Made by a program: the position numbers and the translations under genes
Notes under the pieces: generated by a model
Databases searched by the model: none
Told to the model about the DNA's origin: nothing
The model's input: only the letters and a program-made list of their open reading frames with translations
DNA from: Raja brachyura
Lineage: Eukaryota
Assembly: GCA_963514005.1 (NCBI GenBank)
Contig: OY740826.1
Coordinates: forward strand, 2,480,001-2,544,000
Direction: 5' to 3'
DNA length: 64,000 bases
In this document: positions 11,050 through 23,400 of the stretch, piece after piece
Position numbering within the stretch: position 1 is the first letter of the stretch
How the letters are laid out: each line of letters begins with the position of its first letter

Positions 11050-11350
11050 GCGGTGAGGAGGGGAGCATCGGGTTATTACACAGACGTTTGTACCCTGGGA
11101 ATAGTCAGGATATGCTGGAGAGAGTGGACGTGTTTGGGTTTAGTGGGGAAGAAGCTAATTGTGTTCGCATGACCCCATGGTTCCCGTCTTTATCAGCATT
11201 GACTCTGTCTCTCTCTCTCTTCCTCTCTTGCATTAATCTATACAGAGACTATGGTTTATACCTTCCAGAAGCTCATGGATTTGATTGACCCCTTCATGTT
11301 TTCACTTGGTAAGTACATACAAGCCTTCACTGCATTCAATAGGTACAAAG
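11050..11350 (+). pseudogene. Second inverted duplicate of IZUMO-like intron 1/exon 2 (acceptor AG->AA)
   Basis: Exon frame intact (YTETMVYTFQKLMDLIDPFMFSL) with gtaagt donor, but the acceptor reads cattaa. Confidence 0.75.
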
Positions 11351-11424
11351 TGCTGGAGTAACTCAGCGGGACAGGCAACATCTCTGGAAGAACAGGTGAT
11401 GTTACAGAAGGGTCCCAACTCGAC

Positions 11425-13335
11425 ATTTGGGGAATGAAGAACCTGAGGACATAGGGTTAATATGAGGGGGGAAAGATTTAATAGGAACTTTTTGGAAACG
11501 TTTTCATTCAGAGGGTGGTGGGTGTATGGAACAAGCTGCCGGTGGAGGTGATTGAGGCAGCAACTACAAAAGACATTGGGCAGGTACACGGATATGACAG
11601 TTTGGAGGGCTTTTGGACCAAACACAGGCAGGTGGGACTGGTGTAGCTGGGACATATTGGCCAGTGTGGGCAAGTTGGGCCGAAGGGCCTGTTTCCACGC
11701 TGTGTGACTCTAAAACAAAAGGGACCACAATGAGATAGATTGGAAGGTTGGGAAATTGATCTCTAAGTGATATGGCATGGAAACAGGCCCTTCAGCCCTA
11801 CTTGCCCACACTGGCCAACATGTCCCATCTGCACTAGTCCCATCTGCCTGCGTTTGGTCCATATCCAAATGTGTCCTATCCATGTACCTGTCTAACGGTT
11901 TCTTAAACGTAGGGATAGTCCCTGCCTCAAGTACCTCTTCCGCCAGCTCGTTCCGTGCACCCCCCACCCTTTGTGTGAAAGAGTAACCCCTCAGATTCCT
12001 ATTAAATCTTTTCACCTATGTCCTCTGGTTCCACTACTCGGGCCAAGAGATTCTGAGTGTCTACCCGATCTATTCCTTTTATTATTCCCCCCCCCCCCCC
12101 CCCGTCCCCTTATAAGATCACCCCTCATCCTCCTGCACTCCAGTAATCTGATAACAGAGGGGATGAATCCTTTCCTGAATCTGGCGGTCGCTCTTTCAAG
12201 CTTTTGTATTTAGATTCGTACAGTTTAGTTTAGAGATACAGTGTGGAAACAGGCCCTTCGGCCCACCGGATCAGTGCTGACCAACGATCCCCGCACACTA
12301 ACAATATTCTACACACACTAGGTACAATTTTTAAAAACATTTACACCAAGTCGATTTACCTACATACCTGTACGTCTTTGGAGTGTGGGAGGAAACGGAA
12401 GATCTCAGAGAAAACCCATGCAGGTCACGGGGAGAACGTCCAAGCTCCGTATTGTCAGCACCCGTAGTCGGGATCATAGAAACATAGAAAATAGGTGCAG
12501 GTGGAGGCCACTCGGCCCTTTCTCACCTCAGTCTTAAATGGCTTCCCCTTTATTCTAAGACTGTGGCCCCTGGTACTGGACTCACCCAACATTGGGCACA
12601 TTTTTCCTGCATCTGGCTTGTCCAGTCCTTTTATAATTTTATATGTTGAAGGATGAGAAGGGATCGAACCTGGGTCTTCGGTGCTGCATTCGCTCTAAGG
12701 CAGCAGCTCTACCGCTGTGCCACCATGCCTTCTGAGGGGAGAAGAGGGAATGGCTGTGGTGTGAGCGGTCCTTGATTATGTTGGTAGTTTTCCGAAGGCA
12801 GTGTGAAGGGTAGATGGAGTTGCAAGTTCACAAGTTATCCGAGTAGAATTAGGCCATTCGGCCCATCGAGCCTATTCCCCCTTCAATCATGCCTGATCTC
12901 AGCCCCCCAATCCCATTTTCCTGCCTCCTCCCCTTAACCCTTGACATCCGTTCTAATCAAGAACTAGTCTTTCTCTGCCTTAAAAATACCCAGTGACTTG
13001 CCCTCTGCGGCAAATAATTCAATTTTCACCACATCTGACTGAATAAATTGCCCCTCACCTCCTTTCTAAAAGAGCGCCCTTTAATTCTGAGGCTATCTCT
13101 GGTCCTAGACTCTCCCACCAATGGAAACATCCTTCCCACATCCACTCTATGCAGGCCTTTCACTATTCTGTACATTTAAATGAGGTTCGCCCTAAACCTT
13201 CTAAACGCCAGCGAGTACAGTCCCAATGCCGTCAAACGCTCATCAGACGCTAACCCACAAATTTCTGGAATCATTCTTGCAAACCTACTCAGGACCCTCT
13301 CAAGAACCAGCACACCCTTCCTCAGATATGGGGCG
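11425..13335. mobile_element. Cluster of CR1 LINE 3' fragments and a split V-SINE
   Basis: CR1 C-terminal motifs (FTQRV..WN.LP..V.EA...FK..LD) on both strands. SINE pieces at about 12225-12475 and 12660-12730 are separated by a CR1 piece. Confidence 0.75.
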
Positions 13336-13496
13336 ATAGGCGGGGGGGCGAGGTTGGTTTGTGTGACGGGACCAGGCTACATCCACAACTCTCTGTGTAT
13401 TTTCATATGGTCTTGGGCAGAGCTGTTCCCAAAACAAGTTGTGATGCTTCCCGATAGGAAGTATACAGTAGTTCAGTAAAGTAATTGGGAAAATAC

Positions 13497-13682
13497 ACTT
13501 CCGGTGGCGCCATGTTCTAGGGGAGAACAGCGCCAGATCAGCTCCGTAAAAATCTGCAAAAAAAACGGGGCTAAAGGAGGGTGCTAACGCTACTTACCGC
13601 AGGAGATCGATTAAAAACGGCTCCGGTGCGATTGAAGGCTGCGTGACGTCATCAGGCGCGCGACTTTGGTAAGAAATTTAAA
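13497..13682 (+). promoter_or_regulatory. L1 5' UTR internal promoter
   Basis: CpG-rich. ETS-like ACTTCCGG at +1, YY1-like CGCCATGTT at 13508-13516, CRE palindrome TGACGTCA at 13644-13651. Confidence 0.55.
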
Positions 13683-14816
13683 ATGCAGCACTCCTCCCCT
13701 CCCCCGAAGAAAACGGGCCTAAGAAAAGAGGCTGGTGCCACCAAAGCCTCGGGCTCGAGTCTGACTGCCTCCCAGGAAGAAATCTCACAGAGAAAAGTGG
13801 AAATGGAAGAGTTTAAAAATTCCATGATAGGTGAGATGAAGAAACTGGTGAAAGAAATAAAAGATCTGAAGAAGGAATATAAAGATGAATTTAAAGACAT
13901 GAAGAAAGAATATAAAGATGAAATAAAAAATCTAAAAGCGGAGATTCTGGTGTCTCACGAGAGAACTAAAGTGGAATTAACAAAAGAAGTTACCGAGACG
14001 GTAAAGATTATGATGAGCGAATGGAAAAGTAAGACGGAGGCTGAATTTCAAAACCGATTCTCTGAGATAAACGTCAAGGTTGCTGGGTTGGAACAAATGC
14101 TGAATGATAAGATAGATCCTATTACCATTACAATTGACCAACATAATGATACACTTAAAGATTTGGCTGATTTTGCTGTAAAAAGTGCCAAGGAAACTGA
14201 GAAGTTACTTGCCGAGAATAAACGCCTCTCAGAATTACTTCGCAAAATAAATGAGAAATGTATTGATTTGGAGGGCCGACAAAGACGTAAGAATTTGCGA
14301 ATTGTAGGATTGACTGAAGGTTGTGAAGGAAATCAAGACCCACGAAAATTTGCTGCAAAACTCCTAAAAGACATTTTGGAATTGGATGAAGAACCACTGT
14401 TGGGCCGTGCCCACAGGGCTTTAAGACGGGTCCCTGGGAGAGGTGCACCACCCAGACAAATGATTGTAAAGGTGGTGTATGATCACGTCTTTGAAGATAT
14501 GATGAAGATAATAATGAGAAAGAGAAATTTGAAATACGAAGGAAATAACATTAGTATCTTCAGAGATTACCCAGCGGAAGTTGCTAAGAGAAGATCCTTA
14601 TTCACTGAAACAAGAGGCATTCTACGGAATTTAAAGAATACAGTGGATCTCAGATATGGTTTGATGTACCCAGCAACACTGAGAGTGACCTATGACAACA
14701 AGGAACACCGCTTCGTTAAGCATACTGATGCATTGAAGTTCGCAAAAGGCATACAGAAGAAGGCAGAAGAGGAGGAAACAGACGATGAATCACGGGAGGA
14801 AGAAGACGACGACTGA
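13683..14816 (+). CDS. L1 ORF1p (coiled coil plus RRM/CTD, transposase-22 family), 377 aa
   Basis: LEGRQRRKNLRIVGLTE, RAHR, IFRDY and YGLMYPATLRV motifs. Confidence 0.95.
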   Translation: MQHSSPPPKKTGLRKEAGATKASGSSLTASQEEISQRKVEMEEFKNSMIGEMKKLVKEIKDLKKEYKDEFKDMKKEYKDEIKNLKAEILVSHERTKVELTKEVTETVKIMMSEWKSKTEAEFQNRFSEINVKVAGLEQMLNDKIDPITITIDQHNDTLKDLADFAVKSAKETEKLLAENKRLSELLRKINEKCIDLEGRQRRKNLRIVGLTEGCEGNQDPRKFAAKLLKDILELDEEPLLGRAHRALRRVPGRGAPPRQMIVKVVYDHVFEDMMKIIMRKRNLKYEGNNISIFRDYPAEVAKRRSLFTETRGILRNLKNTVDLRYGLMYPATLRVTYDNKEHRFVKHTDALKFAKGIQKKAEEEETDDESREEEDDD

Positions 14817-15429
14817 ACATTTTGGACTTTTATCATTAACCTGCGGTTATGAGTTATTCAGTGAGAAAGAGGGAAAATAATGGGAATGTAGTAGTGGTTT
14901 GGTATCAATTTGTAGAATTTCAATAATTCCCCTAACATAGTATTATTTATCATAATACTAATTACAATAGAATAGTAATTAATAAATAGTTTCATGAATA
15001 ATAGAAATAATTACTAAACCCTTAAAGTTAGTACCCCACCCCAATATATACAGTATTCTAGTTGGGAGCTGGAATATTTAACATCTTTTTTAAACACGGA
15101 AGTCATTAGATTAATCGCCACGTTAGTGTGGCGTTCACTAACACACACTACACAATCTATCAGTGTAGTCTTTTTTTTCTTTGGGCACCCTTTTAACACT
15201 CTTTTTTCTTTTTTCGCTTATATTTTCTATTTTTTTTAATATATTAAGTATTTGAATTTATGTGATATATTATATGAATGTAATTATGAGCAATACCGTA
15301 TAGTTATTTTAGATAGACATGGATATGGATTATTGAGATTGGTAATTTTCGTCGGATTGACGTTTGGGTGCCTTGTTGAGCTGGAGGGGCCGAGAGGGCT
15401 ACTCCAAAAAAAACCACCCTAATACTAAA

Positions 15430-18400
15430 ATGCAAGATATGAATTTGAAGACTGGGGATGATGGAATCACTTTTTGTAGTTGGAATGTTAAGGGAATTAA
15501 TGAACCAATTAAAAGGGGTAAGGTGTTAGCGCAGCTGAATAGATTGAAATCAGACGTTATTTTCCTCCAAGAGACGCATCTCAAAAGAGATGATCAATAT
15601 AGATTAACAGCTAAATGGATGTCAAAGGTATATCACTCTTCATTTATACATAAATCTAGGGGAGTCGCAATAATTATTCGTAAAGGTATACCTTTTAAAC
15701 AAAGTTCTATAATAGAAGATAAAGAGGGCAGATATGTAATAATTACAGGGGAATTATACTCAAAAAAAGTAATTCTTATGAATATATATGCTCCTAATTT
15801 CGATAACCCATTATTTTTCAAGAAAATATTCAATAATATTCCTATATCCACTCAACATAATTTAATAATTGGGGGCGATTTAAATTGCACTTTGGATAAC
15901 TACTTAGACAGATCCTCAACAAAAAGGAAAGCTATTTCTAACTCAAGTAAACTTATAAATTCTTTCATTAACTCAACTAACGTTAAGGATATTTGGAGAT
16001 TAGAGAACCCATCCGGACGAGAATATTCTTTTTTCTCGCCCGTATTCGGAACCTACTCGAGGATAGATTACTTTTTAATAGACTCAAAACTGCTTCCCTA
16101 TGCATACAATGCAAAATATCACAATATTATTATTTCAGATCATGCACCATTAACATTTAAGATAAAACTAAAAGATATATCTAATAAAACTATGACTTGG
16201 AGATTTAATCCTCAGATACTGAAGGACAAGGATTGTTGTAATCATGTGACAGAACAGATTAAATTATTCTTTGAGACAAACGACACACCTGAAATTTCAC
16301 CATTGTTACTTTGGGATACATTTAAGGCATTCATGCGTGGTGCAATAATATCGGCACAAGCATATTTTAATAAAGAAAACCGAAAGAAGGAACAGAAGTT
16401 AGAAATGGAGATAAAACAACTAGACAATGAGAATATAAAACACCCCTCTAAGGAGTTAAGTAATAAAATTGCAATAGCAAAGTATAGACTAAACGAAATA
16501 TACTCTAATCAAGTCATCAAACTTTATCAACAAACCAAACAAGTGCATTTTGAATTTGGAGATAAACCGCATAAATTGCTAGCAAGACAATTAAGAAAAT
16601 TAGACGATGAAAAAACGATACATGGAATTAGATCAATGCAAGGAAATATACTGACCATACCAAAAGATATTAATGATAGATTTTTACAATATTACCAAAA
16701 TCTTTACTCATCAAAATTAACAGGACAAACAGATGGAATGGAAACATTTCTAAAAGAATGTCAAATTAAGAGTTTAGATCAGGAAGGGAGACATTTGTTA
16801 AATGCTGAAATATCAGTGAAAGATATCGCAGAATCAATTGGTTCGTTAAAGAATGGAAAAGCTGCGGGGCCTGACGGCCTGAGTGCAGAATTTTATAAAA
16901 AATTTCAAGATCTGATCTCTCCAAGACTACATACAGTGTATAGACATGCATACGAACAAGGAAAATTACCAGACTCTTTAAATGAATCCACAATTACACT
17001 TATACCTAAGGTAGATAAAGATCTGGAAGATCCTGGTTCATATAGAGCGATTGCCCTTCTAAATACAGACCAAAAAATATTAGCTAAAGTTTTATCTAGG
17101 AGACTAAGTTTGGTGATCTCTAAATTAATACATTATGATCAAACAGGTTTTATTCCAAAACGCTATTCGTCTCATAATTTAAGACGCCTGTTTAATATTA
17201 TATATTCTAAAAGAATACGAGATACGGAATTAGCAGTCATATCGTTAGACGCAGAAAAAGCATTTGACCAGGTGGAATGGTTATATCTATTTAATATAAT
17301 GGAAAAGTTTCAATTGGGGGATCAATTTTGTAAATGGGTAAGAATCCTATACTCAGATCCTACTGCAAGAATTCTAACTAATCAAATACTATCAGTTAAA
17401 TTTAAACTCTTTAGGGGATGTAGACAAGGATGTCCGTTATCGCCTTTATTATTTGCCTTGGCGATAGAGCCTTTGGCGGAAAGAATTAGGTCAGAACCTG
17501 AAATATACGGTTATAATACTGACAGAACAACTAATAAAATATCCTTATATGCAGATGATGTTTTGATTTACATCACAAAACCTGAAATTAGTATTCCAAT
17601 GTTGTTTGATGTTATAAATAAATTTAGTACATTTTCTGGATATAGGATTAATTGGAATAAAAGTGATATTATGCCAATAACTAATATAAATTTAAACATA
17701 TTACAACAATATCCATTATCAATAGTTACTGACAAAATTAAATATTTAGGAATTAATGTATCTAAATCACATAACTCATTAATTAGATCGAATTATCCTC
17801 AATTATTAGATAAACTTAAAAAAAATATTTTATATTGGAAAACACTGCCTATATCTTTGATTGGTAGAATAAATGCTATAAAGATGGTTTTTCTACCACA
17901 ATTATTATATCTGTTTCAAGCTATCCCTTTTTTCCTTCCGAAAACCTTTTTTAAAAAAATTGATAATATTGTTAATAGTTTTATTTGGGATTATAAAAAT
18001 CATAGAATAAGTAAAAAACATTTATGTAAGTCAAAGATAAATGGAGGATTAGCACTTCCAAATTTTTTATACTACTTCTGGGCAGTACAGATTAAGAATA
18101 TGAATTTTTGGTGGGTAAATACGGACCTGGAACCAACGTGGCTAAAGATAGAAAAGGAAGATTGTTTGCCTTTCAACGTAGATTCAATTATTTTTGCCCC
18201 AAAGGAAGTTCAAAAAAAAACTTATAGGGACAATCCAATCATTTATAATAATAGACGTATTTGGAAACAAATAGTCAAGACTTTACAATTAGACAACCTT
18301 TCATTTAGATTACCAATTATGAATAACCCATTATTTAAGCCCTCCACATTGGATGGAGGGTTCAGACATTGGGATAATTTAGGAATTACAAGGGTAGAGC

Positions 18401-19218
18401 ACCTTTATAGAAATGGAAAATTTCTTTCATTTCAGGAATTACAAGATATCTACGGATTGTCTTCACAGCATTTGTTTAGGTATTTCCAAATTAGAGATTA
18501 TATTAAATCTAATACACAGGATTTTAAAAATAAGGAACCAGGATTATTAGATGAATCGTTTAACTGGCATCCAACCACAGAAAAATTAATAGCTTATATA
18601 TATAACATCATTATGGATAATGAGAATCCAATAACTGAAACATATCGTCAAGCATGGGAAAATGAAATTGGATCACCTATAACCAAAGAAAATTGGGGAG
18701 AAAGTCTACAAAGAATACACCGGTGCTCGTTAAATGCTAGACATATATTAATACAATTTAAAGTATTATATAGATTACATTATTCAAAAGCCAAATTAAA
18801 TAGTATATTTCCTAATCTCTCCTCTATTTGTGATAAATGTAAGAATTTAGAAGCAAATTTAACACACAGTTTTGTTACATGTCCTAAATTGAATTATTAT
18901 TGGACAGAAATTTTTAAAGTAATTTCTGAAGTTCTTAAGGTTAAATTAGAACCTGACCCAAAGCTAATAATACTGGGAATTCCAGAGGCTAATTTGATAT
19001 TTACACCAGACCAAAGAAATTTCCTTGATTATTGTTTGATATTGGGGAAAAAAATAATATTGAAATTTTGGAAGGGAACATTATCCCCAACAATTAAAAT
19101 GTGGGCATCAGAGATGTTGGAGACGTTGCAGTTGGAAAGAATCAGATTTGTCCTTTTGGACGAGTATAATTCTTTTCAACAGATATGGTCTCCATATATA
19201 CAGTATTTAGAGAAGTAG
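15430..19218 (+). CDS. L1 ORF2p (APE endonuclease, reverse transcriptase, CCHC), about 1262 aa from the first ATG
   Basis: SWNVKG, LQETH, GGDLN, SRIDY, SDH; SLDAEKAFD, RQGCPLSP, LYADD; CDKC-x8-H-x4-C. No stops or frameshifts. Confidence 0.97.
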   Translation: MQDMNLKTGDDGITFCSWNVKGINEPIKRGKVLAQLNRLKSDVIFLQETHLKRDDQYRLTAKWMSKVYHSSFIHKSRGVAIIIRKGIPFKQSSIIEDKEGRYVIITGELYSKKVILMNIYAPNFDNPLFFKKIFNNIPISTQHNLIIGGDLNCTLDNYLDRSSTKRKAISNSSKLINSFINSTNVKDIWRLENPSGREYSFFSPVFGTYSRIDYFLIDSKLLPYAYNAKYHNIIISDHAPLTFKIKLKDISNKTMTWRFNPQILKDKDCCNHVTEQIKLFFETNDTPEISPLLLWDTFKAFMRGAIISAQAYFNKENRKKEQKLEMEIKQLDNENIKHPSKELSNKIAIAKYRLNEIYSNQVIKLYQQTKQVHFEFGDKPHKLLARQLRKLDDEKTIHGIRSMQGNILTIPKDINDRFLQYYQNLYSSKLTGQTDGMETFLKECQIKSLDQEGRHLLNAEISVKDIAESIGSLKNGKAAGPDGLSAEFYKKFQDLISPRLHTVYRHAYEQGKLPDSLNESTITLIPKVDKDLEDPGSYRAIALLNTDQKILAKVLSRRLSLVISKLIHYDQTGFIPKRYSSHNLRRLFNIIYSKRIRDTELAVISLDAEKAFDQVEWLYLFNIMEKFQLGDQFCKWVRILYSDPTARILTNQILSVKFKLFRGCRQGCPLSPLLFALAIEPLAERIRSEPEIYGYNTDRTTNKISLYADDVLIYITKPEISIPMLFDVINKFSTFSGYRINWNKSDIMPITNINLNILQQYPLSIVTDKIKYLGINVSKSHNSLIRSNYPQLLDKLKKNILYWKTLPISLIGRINAIKMVFLPQLLYLFQAIPFFLPKTFFKKIDNIVNSFIWDYKNHRISKKHLCKSKINGGLALPNFLYYFWAVQIKNMNFWWVNTDLEPTWLKIEKEDCLPFNVDSIIFAPKEVQKKTYRDNPIIYNNRRIWKQIVKTLQLDNLSFRLPIMNNPLFKPSTLDGGFRHWDNLGITRVEHLYRNGKFLSFQELQDIYGLSSQHLFRYFQIRDYIKSNTQDFKNKEPGLLDESFNWHPTTEKLIAYIYNIIMDNENPITETYRQAWENEIGSPITKENWGESLQRIHRCSLNARHILIQFKVLYRLHYSKAKLNSIFPNLSSICDKCKNLEANLTHSFVTCPKLNYYWTEIFKVISEVLKVKLEPDPKLIILGIPEANLIFTPDQRNFLDYCLILGKKIILKFWKGTLSPTIKMWASEMLETLQLERIRFVLLDEYNSFQQIWSPYIQYLEK

Positions 19219-19664
19219 CTGTTCTTGGCATCACGGCTCGACTGACACCCTGCGGGATTTGATGAAAATAATGTATTGGTATACCAGGATATATGCATGT
19301 CTTTACTGATATTATTATTTGTAGTTGTTTCATTTATAATATATTGTGTGGCTTTTAATTGATATATATACATAATATGTCTTTTTTCTTTTTCTTCATT
19401 TTTTCTTTTTCTTTTATACCAAATAATTATTAAGGAATTATAATTTTATTGATTAATAATGGTATTTCTCTATACCCACTTTTATTTTCAAAAAAAAAAT
19501 AAGATAATAATCATTAGAGTACAAATATTGATTTAAGTGGATGTTTATAACTCAGTTTTAAACATTGAGAATTGTTTATTGCTAATAAAAAAAATTATTC
19601 AACAGAAACAGGCCCATTTGGCAACTCATCTATGCCAAGAAAGATGCTCAATTAAAGGTAGTCC

Positions 19665-19706
<42 letters not shown>

Positions 19707-19724
19707 TTGGGAAAATACCAAATG

Positions 19725-20465
19725 TTTAAGAGGATGTTGCCAGGAGTCGAGGGTCAGGTTAGGTAGGCTGGGACTCTATTCCTTGGAGCGCAGGAGGATG
19801 AGGGCTGATCTTATAGGGGTGTACAAAATTGAGAGGATAGGATCAGGTAAGCGCATGGAATCTCTTGCCCTGAGTAGGGGAATCGAAGACCAAGGAACAT
19901 AGTTTTGGTCTCCTAATTTGCAGTTTGACCTACTAATTTGAGGGACATTCTTGCTATTGAGGGAGTGCAGTGTTGGTTCACGAGGTTAATTCCCAATATG
20001 GCCGGACTGTCATCGGTTGATAGAATTGAGCGGCTGGGCTTGAATACTCTGGAATTGAGAAGGATGAGAAGGGATCTTATTGAAAAATATAAGATTATTA
20101 AAGGATTGGACACGTTAGAGGCAGGAAACATGTTCCCGATGTTGGGGAGGTCCAGAACCAGGTGCCATGGTTTAAGAATAAGGGGTTGACCATTTAGAAA
20201 TATGAGGAAAAACTTTTTCACCCAGAGAGTTGAGAATCTGTGAAATTATCTGTCTCAGAAGGCAGTGGAGGCCAATTCGCTAGATGCTTTCAATAGAGAG
20301 TTCGAAAGAGCTCTTAAATATAGCGGAGTCAAGGGATACAGGGAAAATGCAGGAACTGGATAGTGATTGTAGATAATCAGCCATGATCACATTAAATGGC
20401 GGTGCTGGCTCGAAGAGGCAAAGGGCCTACTCCTGCACCCATTGTCTATTGTCTATTGTCTGCTG
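19725..20465 (+). mobile_element. CR1 LINE 3' fragments
   Basis: RLGLYSLERRRMRADLI, LE.RR.R.DLIE.YKI, SRTR.HGL; (CTATTGT)n tail at about 20440-20470. Confidence 0.85.
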
Positions 20466-20469
20466 TCTA

Positions 20470-23400
20470 TTGAATCCGCAATACCCTGCGAGTTAGCATG
20501 AAGGACCTGAGCAAAGGGACTTCCTTCTCACGGGACCAGTTCATCAGGAAGGTATTGCTGGGGCCTGCATATTTGATGCCAAGGACAGTTACTGTCTCCA
20601 GGACTTCCCTGGTAATGAATACTTTGATGTCACTTTCAAGTATCCAACGGGATGGCAGAAGCTGACGCAAGAGAAGGGGAACAAAGCTCTGCTGTCACTG
20701 CTGAAGAAGCTGGAAGGCCACGAGACAAAGGACTGCCAAGTGAGCAAGAACTGTAACCTGTGCAGGGAGGCAGGTCACCTCTACAGGGCCTGCCCTAAAA
20801 GAGCCTGCGCCTACGCAAGATAAGAGGGGCTGTTGCCAACACCCTCAGGGTGGGCGGGAAGCCTCCCACCACTGCCAAAACCCCAGCAGAAAGAGAGAGC
20901 AGGGATGAGGACAGCCCGACCATCTCGAGCCCCCAACCGCTGGACAGAGACCCCCAGCCCCCTGTCCAGGAGGGAGAGTCGATGGAAGAGGGGGAACAGG
21001 AGGAGGCATGGCAGGTGATGAAAAGCAAGAAACACCAGAGGGCTCTGCCCAAAGAGCCAAGGCCGGAGGGAACGGGAAAGTCTAAGAAAAGAGTCCTCTC
21101 CCAGACCGACGCCAGCAACGTCTCCTCGTCGGAGGATGAGGCGACATCAAGGACCCGACGACGGAGGCAGAGGAAGAAAACCAGTGAGGAGATCGGAAAG
21201 GGAAAGGACACGCTTGTTGTCCTCCAATCCGGAAGACCGGGAGCAGTGCAGCGGCCAATGGGCCCCAGCTCCGGGAGACCGGGAGCAGTGCAGCGGCCAA
21301 TGGGCCCCAGCGCCGGGAGACCGGGAGCAGTGCAGCGGCCAATGGGCCCCAGCTCCGGGAGACCGGGAGCAGTGCAGCGGCCAATGGGCCCCAGCTCCGG
21401 GAGACCGGGAGCACTGAATCAGCTACAGGAGACGGAGGGGGCAGTGCGCCCAGAAGCGGGTAGAACAAGGAGGGTCCCTCCAACATCTTCAGCTACGCCA
21501 GATGAGACCCCCCCCCCCTTGAGGATGCCAGCACCCAGTACCTGAGCCCCGAAACATTGCTGCAATTCACCAAAGTGGTGGGCATGAGAGGACAAGATGA
21601 TGGTAAGTGACAATTTAAGGGCAATGGAGCTAAAACTGGCATCGCTAAACGATGTGTAAACGCCTCGCAGTATCTGGCCACACGGACTGTCGGTATGGTC
21701 GGGGGGCAATGACTGCCGCGCTTCCGGTCCGGGGATCTTGCTGCGGGGAGGGAGCTTCGCCATCACTGAGGTCAGGGAGGTGGTTGGGGAGGGTGGGGGG
21801 GGGGGGGGGGTGGTGGGGGAGGTTCGCAGGGGGAGCTCTGTGATCAACAGCCTCAGGGAGGAGGACGGCTCGGTAACATCCTTGCAGACGGACATGCTGA
21901 GGATCTGCAAATCCTTTTACACGGATTTGTGTGATAGAAAGGCCACAGACAGCACGGCCTCCCAGAACTTCCTGTCCTCTATCACGGAGGTCTTGTTGGA
22001 CAGCAAGCGGGAGAGTCTGGACCAACCACTGACCCTGGAGGAGATGACTGTCTCCATCCGTTCCTTTGACTCGAGTAAAACTCCAAGAAGCGATGGCTTA
22101 CCGGCCAAGTTGTATTTGGCTCTGTGGGACTGGGTGGTGCTGGACCTGCTGGAAGTGTACAATGACATGCTTCTAACCGGCAGCATGTCAGACTCTATGA
22201 GGAAGGGCAGCATCACCCTAATCTACAGCAGAAGGGGGAGATGAATGAATAAAGTAATTGGAGACCCATCACATTATTGAATGTTGATACAAGATCCTGT
22301 CTAAGGCCATCGCCAACCGGGTCAAGTCTGCCCTGGGACGGGTGATCCACCCAAACTAAACCTGTGCTGTACCTGGTAGAAGAATCTGGCAGGAAGAGTG
22401 AGGCCTTGCTCTTTGGCGACTGGCCCGACCGTTCTTCCGTCCCCTCCACCATCAAGCCTGAAGGTGCTGGGGATCTGGTTCGAGGGGGCTGAGGCATGTG
22501 ACAAGATTTTGGTGGAGCAGATAGCCAAGGTTGGGAAGAAACTGGAGCTGTGGAAGCAACGCTCCCTCTCTATAACGGGAAAGGACTTGATCATCAGGTG
22601 TGAGGTGGTCTCGGGGCTGCTGTAGTTGGCGCAAGTGTGGTCTGTCCCTTCCTCCTACGCCACAGGGATCACCCGGGCTGTCTTCCAGAAAGGTTCTTCA
22701 GACCAACACCTTTGACCACAAGTCCATCGGGCAGTGGTCAGCACAGAATGTCCTGCAGGCACTGCAACAAAATGACTCCATGGATCCTGTGGCATGGTTC
22801 CCAGAGCAGACTGCCCAGCTTGTCTGGTGAAATGCCTCATCGCCACAACTCACCAACAAGCACCGAGACCTGGCTTGGCTGGCGGTGAGGGGAGCCCTCC
22901 CAATCAGATCCTTCCTGCACCGTTGGAACCTCACTACCAGCGCACGCTGCCCGTGGGACGGCTGCTATGGAGAGGAGACGGTTGCCCAAGTATATGCAGA
23001 GTGTGGGTTTGCAAAGACAGTCTGGAGAGGTTTGCAATGGTCCCTGTCACGATTTATTCTGAACAGCTCTGTCACAGTGGACTCTGTGATTTACGGACTG
23101 TTCCCAGGGAAGCATTCAGAGACTGACATTGTGTGCTGCTGGAAGGTCATCAACTCGGTGTAAGACTCCCTTTGGCCTGCCCGAGCTTTGTTGACCATCC
23201 AGCGGAGCGGGATGTCTGTTGGAGAATGTTGCCGACTGGCCCCCTGCAGACTGCAGGAGTACGTGCTGAGGGACGCACTGAAGCTTGATGCAGCTAACGC
23301 CAAGGCTCGGTGGGGGGGTCCCTCTACACAGGGATTCTCCCCGTCAACATCGGGGACCTGGGGCGGAGGGTTTTGCACCGGAGTCGCCTGCAACCTGTTT

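Larger units (their letters stand above)
13497..19702 (+). mobile_element. Full-length L1-clade LINE, both ORFs intact, 19-bp TSD, 35-nt poly(A)
   Basis: TSD AAAGTAATTGGGAAAATAC at 13478-13496 and 19700-19718. GC-rich 5' UTR, ORF1, about 610-bp AT-rich spacer, ORF2, AATAAA at 19584, poly(A) 19668-19702. Confidence 0.97.

Noticed and set aside
15364-15429. ORF2 start at 15364 given by the ORF track
   Set aside because: It is a TTG; the first ATG at 15430 sits just before the endonuclease domain.
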